Positions 52,302-60,505 of a stretch of 64,000 bases of DNA are shown here, piece after piece. Under the pieces are notes generated by a model. The model was not told the origin of the DNA, did not search any database, and saw nothing but the letters and a program-made list of their open reading frames with translations. Source of the stretch: a virus; IMG/VR virus record IMGVR_UViG_3300046674_000532; one strand, given 5' to 3'. Position 1 is the stretch's first letter; each line of letters starts with the position of its first letter. The translations under genes and the position numbers were made by a program.

Positions 52302-53039
52302 TCAGGCGGTCTTGTAGATGAAGTGGACGTTGGATCCGGCGGGTACGTCGGCCGGGTCGAAGGCGACGGGCAGGTACTTGGGGTTGACCTGGCCGAAGAC
52401 CATGAGCGCCGCCTCGGACTTCGTGGCGCCCGGGTAGAAGGCGACCTCGGCGTAGAGGAACCCGGCGAACTTCTGGGTGCCGTCGGACGCGGTCGCGGTA
52501 CCGCCCGCGGTGGTGGTGGCCATCGTGACGCCGGGGGTGGTGCCGCCGGTCAGGGATGCGGTGGCCGTGGCGGAGGCGACGTTGTCGCCGAGGTACTGGC
52601 CGCCGAAGGTGAGCGTGTACGGGCCGCCCGCGTTGCCGGTGACCTTGATGTCGCCCGGGTTGACGTTGGACAGCGCCTCGAGAGCCGTCTGCACGGCGGC
52701 CGCGGTGGCGTTGTAGGCGATGGCCGCGGTGGTCTGCCCGGAGAACGTGAGGGTGAACGTGCCACCCGTCGGGGATCCGGTGACCGTGGCGGTCTGGACC
52801 TCGTTGGTGACCGGGCTGTAGGGCTCGTACAGCGTGGTCGTGGTGTTGTAGCCGAGCGGGATGCCGGACTTCAGCTTGCGCTGCGGCTGGTGGGCGGTGC
52901 CCTCGACCCAGTGCAGGGTCTCGTCGAACGCCGTCAGGTCGAGAGTGATGGTCTCGTTGGTCTGCGACCCGAACGTGTTCATCAGCCAGCGGCGGCCGAA
53001 CCCAAGGGTCTCTGTGGTGGTGTACGGCTGGATGGACAC
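52302..53039 (-). CDS. Head decoration-like protein with an inserted roughly 100-aa module (245 aa)
   Basis: GTG start with AAAGGGG upstream. Lies between the scaffold and the capsid gene. The inserted module is shared with the major tail protein. Confidence 0.6.
   Translation of the reverse strand: MSIQPYTTTETLGFGRRWLMNTFGSQTNETITLDLTAFDETLHWVEGTAHQPQRKLKSGIPLGYNTTTTLYEPYSPVTNEVQTATVTGSPTGGTFTLTFSGQTTAAIAYNATAAAVQTALEALSNVNPGDIKVTGNAGGPYTLTFGGQYLGDNVASATATASLTGGTTPGVTMATTTAGGTATASDGTQKFAGFLYAEVAFYPGATKSEAALMVFGQVNPKYLPVAFDPADVPAGSNVHFIYKTA
52500..52802 (-). repeat. Shared protein module, copy 2 (inside the decoration-like protein)
   Basis: EVQTATVTGSPTGGTFTLTFSGQTTAAIAYNATAAAVQTALEALSNV...TFGG...LTGGTTPGVTMATTTAGG. 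Confidence 0.7.
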
Positions 53040-53140
53040 GCCGTGCCCCTTTCGCGTGTTCCGCGGGTGTGGGAGAGGTCGCCTGCCTGGCGCCGTCCAC
53101 GGGGGTCAGGGCGTGGTCCCTTGGGTGGTGCTGGTCTGGG

Positions 53141-54037
53141 TCAGGCTGCGTCCGGGGCGCGCAGGCCCCGGTCGATGGCCATCTGCCGGGCGGCTGCGTT
53201 GATGGCGTCCTTGTCGCCGACGGGCTGGCGGGGGGCGTTGCCTCCGGCCGGGCCGCCGGACGGGGCGGGGGGAAGCGTCAGGGGGGCGGCCGGGGCGCCG
53301 AACAGTTCGGGCCGGCGCTGCTTCAGCTTGTCGGCGGCCGCGGCAAGGGTGGCGGCGTCGGCGTCCGGGTTGTCGCGCAGGTCGCGGTCCAGCATGGCGA
53401 GCGCGTCCTGGAGGTTCGGGGCGGTGACGTTTCCCTGGTCGTCGGCGATGTCGAGGGCGCCGAGCCGGGTGAGGGCCTGCTCGCGGGCCAGCGCGCGCCG
53501 GTCCGCGGCGATCTGGGCGCGGTCCTGGTCCAGCTTGGTCCGGTCGTCCTGGAGGGTCTGGGCCTGGGTGGTGAGCTCCTCCTGGCGGCGCTGCTCCTCG
53601 GTGAGGCGTTCCTTGCGGGTGACCTCGGCGTCCTTGAGGAGTTGTCCGAACTTTTTGGGGTCGAAGTCGTCGGGGTCGAAGGGCAGTCCGGCGGATTCGG
53701 CGAGTTCACGCAGGGCGGCGCGGCGGCCCTTGGAGTTCTCCCGGGCCATGATCTTGGTGAAGGCGCTCTGGGTCATCGGGGCGCCGGTGCCGTGGTCGAG
53801 GAGGACGGCTTCGTCCACGCCCGCGGTCTGCGGCGCGGCAGGCTGTGGGGTGGGAGGCTGCTGGCCTGCGCGGGCGGCGACGTCGGCCGGGGAAGGCACG
53901 GCGGGAGCTGCCGGGGCGGGCGCTCCGCCCTGTCCGCCGTCGTTGTAGAACACGGCGGCCGCGAGGACACCCGTGTACGGGTGCGCCCAGGCGGTGCGCG
54001 GGGTGGGGCCGAGGTGGTGCTGCGCGGGGCGACGCAT
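53141..54037 (-). CDS. Scaffolding protein (298 aa)
   Basis: ATG at 54037 has GGGAGGA 9 nt upstream. Central charged coiled coil (TRKERLTEEQRRQEELTTQAQTLQDDRTKLDQDRAQ). Position follows the portal gene. Confidence 0.65.
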   Translation of the reverse strand: MRRPAQHHLGPTPRTAWAHPYTGVLAAAVFYNDGGQGGAPAPAAPAVPSPADVAARAGQQPPTPQPAAPQTAGVDEAVLLDHGTGAPMTQSAFTKIMARENSKGRRAALRELAESAGLPFDPDDFDPKKFGQLLKDAEVTRKERLTEEQRRQEELTTQAQTLQDDRTKLDQDRAQIAADRRALAREQALTRLGALDIADDQGNVTAPNLQDALAMLDRDLRDNPDADAATLAAAADKLKQRRPELFGAPAAPLTLPPAPSGGPAGGNAPRQPVGDKDAINAAARQMAIDRGLRAPDAA

Positions 54038-54069
54038 CTGTCCAAGTCCTCCCAGACTCGTACTGTTTC

Positions 54070-54084
54070 CAGGCCCCGCGCCTG
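54070..54084 (-). promoter_or_regulatory. Start-associated motif CAGGCGCGGGGCCTG (minus-strand sense), copy a
   Basis: 33 nt upstream of the scaffold start. Flanked by GATC (TGATCTCAGGCGCGGGGCCTGGA). Confidence 0.5.
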
Positions 54085-54105
54085 AGATCAAGGACATCAC
54101 AGATG

Positions 54106-55995
54106 TCACGAGGTGTTCCCCCCGCTCCCCTGCTGCCCCTGCGCGGCCGGGCCCTGGGCGGCAGCGGCTGCGGGGTCGTCGGACGGCAGGGCGGGCAGCT
54201 GGACCGCGGGCGCTTCGGGCTCGTCGGGGGCTTCGCGGCCGAGGAACTTCGCGGTCTCGTCCACGTTGCCGAGGGCGTCGGCGAGGTTGCGGGCGTCGTC
54301 GAAGGAGCGGGCGTCGATCCGCTTGATCTCTTCCTCGGCGTCGTCGATGGGCCAGCCGATGTCCTGCAGCATTCGGATCGCCGTCTCCAATGAGATCAGC
54401 TTGTCGGTGCGGGCGTTGCGAATGGACTCGAGGGCTGCCGTCTTGTCGGTGGGACGGAACGAGCCGCGCACGATCTTCGCCGGGAGGGGGGTGATGCCCG
54501 CCCAGTCGGGGTGCTGGCCGGCGAGGAACAACCGTTGGACGAACTTGGGGAGGAGCCGGTCGGCGTGGTCGCGGGCCAGGCGCATCCCGGCGATCAGGGA
54601 GTCCTCCGGGCCCAGCGCCAACTCGAGAGCGTACCCGGACGGCATCTTGGACGGGTCCAGGGTGCCAAGGGCGACGGGCGGGATACGGACGACGTTCGCT
54701 GCGCGTTCGCCGAGGTCGTGGACCTGGTTGCGGAGTTCGGCGAGGTTGCGGCTGGTGTCGACGGTGGTGATGCCGCCGCCCTCGCCGAGCGTGAACACCA
54801 GACCCGGCCCGGCCTCATAGTGCTGCTGCCCGGACACCGACTTCCCGGAGATGCCGATCATCGGGGAGCCGGTGGTGGCCGAGGCGCGGCTGGAGTCGGT
54901 GTCGGAGCCGGACAGTTCGTCGAAGATCTGCAGGGCCTTGGCGAGGCTGGACTGCCCCCAGTGCTCCCCCGGCTCGGGCACGGTGTTGGGGACGTGGATG
55001 ACCGGCAGGAAGTCCTGGTACAGGTCGAGGCGGTCGAGGATCTCGCCCTGCTCGTTGGTGGCGAAGGACGCCTTGCCCATGGGCAGGCTGTCGATGTCGA
55101 CAGGGCCCTTGAGGTCGCCGAGGTCCCAGGTCGCGTCGGTGAGGTAGCAGGTCCTGAACGACGGCTTCTCGGACCAGGGGTACAGGCGGGTGATGGAGCC
55201 GTTGGCGTCGACCTGGTCGCCCTGGCCGAGGACCGGGGCGGACGGGGTGGTGTCGGTGGCTTCGGACATGACGGGGGCGCGCAGGGCCCGGCCGGTGCGG
55301 TCGACACCGTTCGCGGTGCGAGGGCCGATCCAGTCGAGGTGGTAGGTAATGCGGCGCAGCCGGGCCGGCAGCTTGCGGGCCTTGTCCTCCGGGAGTTCCC
55401 ACGCGAAATGCACTTTGTCGGGGTAGTCGGAGCCGTCGTCGTCTTCCCCCACGACCGGGAAGTAGAAGCCGGGGTCGAAGGTTTTCACGCGAACGCGCTG
55501 CTTGTCGCCGTCCCAGTACAGGAGGTAGACGCCGTCGCCGAGGCCTACGGCCTTGCGTTCGGTCTGGAGCATCCGCATCGGCAGGAGTTCCTCGTCGGCC
55601 CACTCCCGCAGCAGCGTCTGGACGCGTTCTGCGGCCGCCGACTCCGGGGTCTGCTGGTCGCCTTCGGCGCCGGGCACGGTGATGATCTGCTCACTGCCCA
55701 GGACGTCCGAGGTCAGCTTGTCGACGAACATCGACGGGTCACCGAACTCGCGCCGGTCGCGGGCCGTATCCCCGTCGACGAAGGCCGACAGTTCGGCGAC
55801 CTGGTTGTGGTCGTAGGCCTTCAGCAGCTTGTAGGAGGCCAGGCGGCGCTCGTCGGCGGCGGGGACCCAGGTCGCGGCGGCTTCCGGAAAGGCGCGGCGG
55901 TGGGGCATGCCGAGGCTGTCGGAGAAGATCGGCTTGTAGTTCAGCCACGACCAGCCGTCGATGACGGCCTCTCTCAAGCCGGTGAAGAGGCCCAC
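54106..55995 (-). CDS. Portal protein (629 aa)
   Basis: GTG start with GGAAGGA upstream. The size and the position after the terminase/nuclease genes are typical. Confidence 0.85.
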   Translation of the reverse strand: MGLFTGLREAVIDGWSWLNYKPIFSDSLGMPHRRAFPEAAATWVPAADERRLASYKLLKAYDHNQVAELSAFVDGDTARDRREFGDPSMFVDKLTSDVLGSEQIITVPGAEGDQQTPESAAAERVQTLLREWADEELLPMRMLQTERKAVGLGDGVYLLYWDGDKQRVRVKTFDPGFYFPVVGEDDDGSDYPDKVHFAWELPEDKARKLPARLRRITYHLDWIGPRTANGVDRTGRALRAPVMSEATDTTPSAPVLGQGDQVDANGSITRLYPWSEKPSFRTCYLTDATWDLGDLKGPVDIDSLPMGKASFATNEQGEILDRLDLYQDFLPVIHVPNTVPEPGEHWGQSSLAKALQIFDELSGSDTDSSRASATTGSPMIGISGKSVSGQQHYEAGPGLVFTLGEGGGITTVDTSRNLAELRNQVHDLGERAANVVRIPPVALGTLDPSKMPSGYALELALGPEDSLIAGMRLARDHADRLLPKFVQRLFLAGQHPDWAGITPLPAKIVRGSFRPTDKTAALESIRNARTDKLISLETAIRMLQDIGWPIDDAEEEIKRIDARSFDDARNLADALGNVDETAKFLGREAPDEPEAPAVQLPALPSDDPAAAAAQGPAAQGQQGSGGNTS

Positions 55996-56013
55996 AGCGA
56001 TCCTTCCGCTATC

Positions 56014-56028
56014 CAGGCCCCGCGCCTG
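56014..56028 (-). promoter_or_regulatory. Start-associated motif CAGGCGCGGGGCCTG, copy b
   Basis: 19 nt upstream of the portal GTG. Context TGATCACAGGCGCGGGGCCTGGA overlaps the nuclease stop codon region. Confidence 0.5.
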
Positions 56029-56031
56029 TGA

Positions 56032-56418
56032 TCAGCGTACGGGCTGGGCATGGTCGGGTTCCCCCGGCTGTTCGGGCAGCGGGACCGTGCGGCGGCCGCC
56101 GTCGTAGTCGACGGCGTGCCCGGCGGCGACGAGGTCCGCGTTGAGGGTGCGGGCGCCCGCGGTGATGGTGCCGAGGATCCGCCCGTACTTCTCGGTCTTG
56201 TCGAGTTCGGTGCGCAGGATCAGGTCGGGCCCGTTCTCGGCGAGCCACTGGGTGGTGAACGCGGTGGCGGCGTCTCCGGCCGGGCTGCCGTGTTCGGGGC
56301 AGTTCACGCCGAGGAGTCGGACGCGTTCGTGGATCTGGATGTGAAATCCCAGGTCGGCGAGGACGTCCAGGGTGTCGCCATCGACGACTCTGGACAGCCG
56401 CGCAGCGTAGACATACAT
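56032..56418 (-). CDS. Staphylococcal-nuclease-like (SNase/thermonuclease) protein (128 aa)
   Basis: VVDGDTLDV...ERVRLLGVNCPE...DKTEKYGRILGTI...LVAAGHAV follows the SNase pattern (DGDT..RL.GIDAPE..D.YGR). Confidence 0.75.
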   Translation of the reverse strand: MYVYAARLSRVVDGDTLDVLADLGFHIQIHERVRLLGVNCPEHGSPAGDAATAFTTQWLAENGPDLILRTELDKTEKYGRILGTITAGARTLNADLVAAGHAVDYDGGRRTVPLPEQPGEPDHAQPVR

Positions 56419-56427
56419 CGGGTTCTC

Positions 56428-58050
56428 CTATCGGCGGCCGCGGAGGCGTTGGTCGCGGTAGTTGGAGGTGCCGAGGCCCTGGGTGGAGGGGTCGGCGAGT
56501 TCGGTGAGGGCGTGGACGGCGGCGTCCATGCGGTCGGGTGAGTCCATGCCGGGGATCCAGGTGACCATCTGGCCCTCGAGGCGGGGGAATTCGCCGAGGT
56601 GGTGGACGAGGCCTTGGGCGTAGAGCTGGGCGATGGGTTCGGCGCGTAGCCGTTTGCCTTGCTTGGCGTGGACTTCGATGATCGATGGCATGAGGAGGCC
56701 GCGGGTTTCGCCTCGTTCGGCAAGCTCTTTCCAGGCCTGGCGGATGATCTGCTTGGCCATGTCGCCGCCGAAGTTGGCTTCGACGACGATGGCGTCGGCC
56801 TGGTACTCGATGGCGAGTTGGCAGGCGGCGAGGCCCCAGGTGTCGGCGCCCATGCGGTCGGATGCGTCGGCGAGGAGGTAGAGGTGGCCTTCGCGGTCGC
56901 GTCCTGCTGCGCACAGGCCGGCTTCGTCGTTTCCGTCTCCTTCTCCGCCGGCGTGGTCGACGGCGACGATGCTGCGGGTGAGGTCGATGCCGCGGAACGC
57001 CATGGGGGTGATGCGGTGGTCGGTGATCCATGGCCATTTCCACACGCCGCCCTCGAGTGGGCGGGGTTTTTGCATGTAGAGGGACCACCAGACGCGTTCC
57101 CCGACGGCGCGGCGGATCTTCTGGAGGGCTTTGGTGCCGTAGCGGATGGGCCACAGGGGGCGGCCGATGTCGCGGCCGAGGGCGTCGTTTTCGCTGTCGG
57201 CGATGGCGGGGAGGTCGAGGATGGTCCAGTCGTCGGCGTCTTCTCCGGCGAGGATGCGGCCGGCGAGGTCCTGTTCGTGCCAGCGGGTCTGGATGACCAG
57301 GATGGATCCGCCGGGTTCGATGCGGGTGTTGAGGACGGATGTCCACCAGTCCCACAGGCGGCGCCGCATGGTGGGGGATTCGGCGTCGGCGGCGTCTTTG
57401 ATGGGGTCGTCGACGACGGCGAGGTGGGCGCCCTTGCCGGTGAGGCCGCCGCCGACGCCTGCGGTGACGAGGCCGCCTTCGAGGCGTTCGCCGGTGTCGG
57501 GGTCGGCGAGGTCGAACCGGTTCGCCGCTTTGCTGCCGGAGTGGAGGGCGAGGCCGATCTGGGGGCCGTAGGAGACGATCGCGTCGCGGATCCACCGTCC
57601 GTGGTCGTCGGCGAGGTCCGCGGAGTATGAGGCGATCATGACGCGGTGGTCGGGGTGCCTCGACAGGTACCAGAGCGGCGCCCACCGGGCCGCACGCCGG
57701 CTTTTGCCGTGCCGCGGAGGCATGGTGATGAGGACCTTGCGGGGCCGGCCGCGGGCGATGTCGCGGAACACCTGGTCGATCAGGTCCAGGTGGCGGGCCT
57801 GCTTCTCCTTCCCGTCGGTGAGGATCGCCGACATGGCGCCCGGCGACCGCTTGAGGGCCATGTCGCGTTCGACCCCGGCGAGGACGGTGCGGACCTCTCC
57901 ACTGGCCCGGCAGGCGATATGGCGGCGCTGAGCCCGGTTCAGGCGCCGGTACTGGGCGACCAGTTGGAGTAGCTCCTCCGCTCCCTGGACGACGTCATCA
58001 ACGTCCTCGTCGTGCCCCGGGCCGACGTCAGGTGTCGTCGCTGTGGTCAT
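56428..58050 (-). CDS. Terminase large subunit (540 aa)
   Basis: Walker A-like MPPRHGKSRRAA, then ...VMIASYSADLADDHG... and a C-terminal nuclease-type acidic region (IVAVDHAGGEGDGNDEAG). Confidence 0.9.
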   Translation of the reverse strand: MTTATTPDVGPGHDEDVDDVVQGAEELLQLVAQYRRLNRAQRRHIACRASGEVRTVLAGVERDMALKRSPGAMSAILTDGKEKQARHLDLIDQVFRDIARGRPRKVLITMPPRHGKSRRAARWAPLWYLSRHPDHRVMIASYSADLADDHGRWIRDAIVSYGPQIGLALHSGSKAANRFDLADPDTGERLEGGLVTAGVGGGLTGKGAHLAVVDDPIKDAADAESPTMRRRLWDWWTSVLNTRIEPGGSILVIQTRWHEQDLAGRILAGEDADDWTILDLPAIADSENDALGRDIGRPLWPIRYGTKALQKIRRAVGERVWWSLYMQKPRPLEGGVWKWPWITDHRITPMAFRGIDLTRSIVAVDHAGGEGDGNDEAGLCAAGRDREGHLYLLADASDRMGADTWGLAACQLAIEYQADAIVVEANFGGDMAKQIIRQAWKELAERGETRGLLMPSIIEVHAKQGKRLRAEPIAQLYAQGLVHHLGEFPRLEGQMVTWIPGMDSPDRMDAAVHALTELADPSTQGLGTSNYRDQRLRGRR

Positions 58051-58531
58051 CCAGTGCGCCTTCGTCGCCCTCGTCGGGGGCTTCGTCGTCCTCGGGATCG
58101 GGGTCGCCTGCTGCTCCGATCAGGCTGCGGAGTTCGGCGATGCTGGCCTGGCTGATGGGGACGGCTCCCCCGCCGGGCCCGGACACCTCGGCGCGGATGG
58201 GTTCGGCCACCCCGTACAGGCGGATCCGTTCGGCGATGAGCCGGCGGGCCGCCTCGACGGCCTTGAGGTCGCCCTTGAGCGCTTTGGGCCACACGGCGGC
58301 CAGGAGGCGTTCGAAGCGGGCTCCTTCGACCTCGCGCAGGTTCTCGACTGCTTCCTTCTCTTCCAGCCGGTTGCGCTGGATGGCGCGCCAGAAGTCTTTG
58401 CGGGCAGCGCCGTCGTCGGCGTAGTCGAGGCGGTCGGCGATGGCTTCGAAGTCCATGCCGGCGAGCTTCAGTGCGATGAGCTGCTTGCGTCGCTGCGCGG
58501 TGACGGCCTGCTGGGCTTTGGATGCGGGCAT
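58028..58531 (-). CDS. Terminase small subunit (167 aa)
   Basis: N-terminal HTH-like region (RRKQLIALKLAGMDFEAIADRL), central coiled coil and acidic tail. Overlaps the large-subunit start. Confidence 0.7.
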   Translation of the reverse strand: MPASKAQQAVTAQRRKQLIALKLAGMDFEAIADRLDYADDGAARKDFWRAIQRNRLEEKEAVENLREVEGARFERLLAAVWPKALKGDLKAVEAARRLIAERIRLYGVAEPIRAEVSGPGGGAVPISQASIAELRSLIGAAGDPDPEDDEAPDEGDEGALDDHSDDT

Positions 58532-58620
58532 CAGTCGTCACCGTCCTGGGCGGTGGTGAGGTCGTGTTCCTCGCCGGCTGCCTGCTGGTGGGTGTGGCTG
58601 CTGTGTGCGCTGGTGGTCAT
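58531..58620 (-). CDS. Possible 29-aa leader ORF upstream of the small terminase
   Basis: MTTSAHSSHTHQQAAGEEHDLTTAQDGDD, GC3-rich. TGATG overlap with the terS start. Its 5' leader is near-identical to that of gene 61590..62165. Confidence 0.3.
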   Translation of the reverse strand: MTTSAHSSHTHQQAAGEEHDLTTAQDGDD

Positions 58621-58654
58621 GGCGGTGGGGGCTCCCGCTCGTATGTCTGACTGT

Positions 58655-58669
58655 CAGGCCCCGCGCCTG
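58655..58669 (-). promoter_or_regulatory. Start-associated motif CAGGCGCGGGGCCTG, copy c
   Basis: 35 nt upstream of the 58620 ATG. Part of a roughly 65-bp leader (58616..58680) that is duplicated at 62161..62221. Confidence 0.55.
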
Positions 58670-58795
58670 CTCCTGATGATCCCTGGTTTCCTCCGTTTCC
58701 TTCCCCCAGCAGGGGTGTTGCGCGTGGCCGGGAGGGGGGCCGGGTCGCGGGCCGGCGGGCGGTGCTGCTCCCCGAATTAGGTTGTCCATCTCATG

Positions 58796-58824
58796 TTGAC
58801 GGCCCATCGGGGCTCCGTTAGATT
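58796..58824 (+). promoter_or_regulatory. Near-consensus sigma-70/HrdB-type promoter TTGACG-17nt-TAGATT
   Basis: -35 at 58796..58801 and -10 at 58819..58824. Followed by GTCCAT, then the GGAGGGAG RBS (58849..58856) and the ATG at 58862. Confidence 0.65.
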
Positions 58825-58861
58825 GTCCATATCAACACGACAACCTACGGAGGGAGCACCG

Positions 58862-59266
58862 ATGCAGAACCTGCGGAGCCTGACGGACAACCAGCTCGCC
58901 GAGGTGTACAGCGACGGCGACGAGGCCACCCAGGCCGCGGTGCTCCGCGAGGCCGCCCGCAGGGACCGCAAGGACGCACAGACCGCCCGCGACAAGGCCC
59001 GCTGGGCGGCCGTGAACGACCAGTGGATGAGCTGGGCCGAAGCGCAGTTCGCCGCCGCCGAGGCCGAGTGCCGCGGATACCTGCTCAACAAGGCCGGCCA
59101 GGCCGAGGGCATGACCCCGTGGACGCTGTGGACCGGCCCCGCAGCCCGCGCGACGCGGTACGCCTCCGAGGAGCTGCTGGAGTTCTGGGACACCCACCCG
59201 CGCCTGACCGTCAGCGAGTACCGCAACGAGCTGCGCCGCGCGAACCACGACCAGCCGGCCGCCTGA
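58862..59266 (+). CDS. Hypothetical protein (134 aa)
   Basis: Track ORF 58793..59266 trimmed to the ATG at 58862, which has a strong RBS. Confidence 0.6.
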   Translation: MQNLRSLTDNQLAEVYSDGDEATQAAVLREAARRDRKDAQTARDKARWAAVNDQWMSWAEAQFAAAEAECRGYLLNKAGQAEGMTPWTLWTGPAARATRYASEELLEFWDTHPRLTVSEYRNELRRANHDQPAA

Positions 59267-59299
59267 ACCGCCCATCCCACCCGCCGAAAGGACACGACC

Positions 59300-59635
59300 A
59301 TGACCGACTCCTCCTCCACCACCCGCTTCCAGGCCCGCAAGGCGCGCTCCGGCTGGTACGTCCAGGACTCCGTCACGGGCGACGTGTGGACGGGACTGTC
59401 CCGGCCCGGTGTGGACAACCTGATCGGCCACCTCGCCAAGGACAGGGCGTCCGCCCCGGTGGTCACGGCGGTCGCGGACGAGCCCGCCACCGCGGACGAG
59501 CCCGGCCAGCAGCCGCTGTGGGTGGAGATGATGGGCGCGGACTTCGGCGAGAGCCGTGGGCCGGTGCAGGGTTCGCTGTTCCAGGCTCCGGATGCGTGCG
59601 GAACGCTGGACCTGTTCGCCGCCATGGGCGAGTAG
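59300..59635 (+). CDS. Hypothetical protein (111 aa)
   Basis: Track ORF. ATG with GAAAGGA upstream. Confidence 0.55.
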   Translation: MTDSSSTTRFQARKARSGWYVQDSVTGDVWTGLSRPGVDNLIGHLAKDRASAPVVTAVADEPATADEPGQQPLWVEMMGADFGESRGPVQGSLFQAPDACGTLDLFAAMGE

Positions 59636-59672
59636 CTTGTCTCTATCAGAACGACTATCTATGGAGGTTGTG

Positions 59673-60032
59673 ATGGGTGCTGAGCCCGCAGGGCTGCCGG
59701 ACGCCGACGAGCTGATCGCCGTGGCGCAGGGGGCGCTGGCCGGCGGCACGGCCGACGACGCGCGCCGCGCGCTGGACGCTTACGCCCCGGCCGTCGACAC
59801 GCTGGTCGATGCGGCCGCGGCCGCGGCGTGGCTGGGCATCTCGCCATCCTCCATCTACCGCGAGCGCTCGCGCGAGCGCGCGGACGGGACGCCCGGCTGG
59901 CCCGACCCGGACAGGAAGTTCGGCCGGTCGGGGGTCTGGAGCTACCGGACGCTGGTGCTGCACCGGGCGACGATGCCGGGCCGGGGTTCGGCCGGCCGGG
60001 GTCGTCCGCGTCGGGCCGGCCAGTCGGGTTGA
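59673..60032 (+). CDS. HTH DNA-binding protein, excisionase/MerR-like (119 aa)
   Basis: ATG at 59673 has GGAGG 6 nt upstream. AAAWLGISPSSIYRERSR is HTH-like. The C-terminus is basic. Confidence 0.55.
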   Translation: MGAEPAGLPDADELIAVAQGALAGGTADDARRALDAYAPAVDTLVDAAAAAAWLGISPSSIYRERSRERADGTPGWPDPDRKFGRSGVWSYRTLVLHRATMPGRGSAGRGRPRRAGQSG

Positions 60033-60058
60033 CGGGGTTCTCACCCGGAAGATAGGTT
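60029..60058 (+). promoter_or_regulatory. Near-consensus promoter TTGACG-18nt-TAGGTT giving a leaderless ASCH mRNA
   Basis: -35 at 60029..60034 and -10 at 60053..60058. The ATG at 60065 lies 6 nt after the -10 and has no RBS. Confidence 0.6.
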
Positions 60059-60064
60059 GTCCAT

Positions 60065-60505
60065 ATGGACGAGACAAGCTTTCAGGATGCCCTGTTCGCC
60101 ACGGACACCGAGCCCACGCCGTACGTGCTCACCGTGAAGCAGCCCTGGGCGTGGGCCATCATCCACGCGGGCAAGGACGTCGAAAACCGCAGCAGGCCTG
60201 TCAACTACCGGGGCAAGCTGCTCATCCAGGCTGGCAAGAGCTACGCCCCCGAGGGTGACAAGTACCTGCGCGATCTGGGCATCACTCCCCCGGCCGACCT
60301 GCCGCGCGGCTGCATCATCGGCTCTGTCGAGGTCGTCGGCTCCACCAGCCGGTCCACCTCCGAGTGGGCCATGGACGGATACCAGCACTGGCTGCTCGCC
60401 GACCCGAAGCCTGCTGCGCAGCTCCTGCCGTGCCGGGGATCGCTGAGCATGTTCCGCGCCCCCGAGGGTTGGGAGCAGGCGTTCACGTCGCCTTCGGGGG
60501 CATGA
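60065..60505 (+). CDS. ASCH-domain protein (146 aa)
   Basis: LTVKQPWAWAIIHAGKDVENRSRPVNYRGKLLIQAG matches the ASCH N-terminal pattern (..QPWA..I..G.K..E.R......G...IHA). Confidence 0.7.
   Translation: MDETSFQDALFATDTEPTPYVLTVKQPWAWAIIHAGKDVENRSRPVNYRGKLLIQAGKSYAPEGDKYLRDLGITPPADLPRGCIIGSVEVVGSTSRSTSEWAMDGYQHWLLADPKPAAQLLPCRGSLSMFRAPEGWEQAFTSPSGA

Noticed and set aside
58778-58795. First TAGGTTGTCCAT copy considered as an independent promoter driving the ATG at 58793 (track ORF 58793..59266).
   Set aside because: There is no acceptable -35 element at 16-19 nt upstream. The ATG at 58862 has a strong GGAGGGAG RBS and its own consensus promoter, so the 23 extra N-terminal codons are unlikely to be translated. 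The copy is kept only as a member of the repeat family.
59410-59418. Single perfect Streptomyces DnaA box (TGTGGACAA, the reverse of TTGTCCACA) inside gene 59300..59635, and an 8/9 match at 16982..16991.
   Set aside because: Isolated 9-mers of this kind are expected by chance roughly once in a window of this size. Only the tandem pair at 15757..15785 is treated as meaningful.
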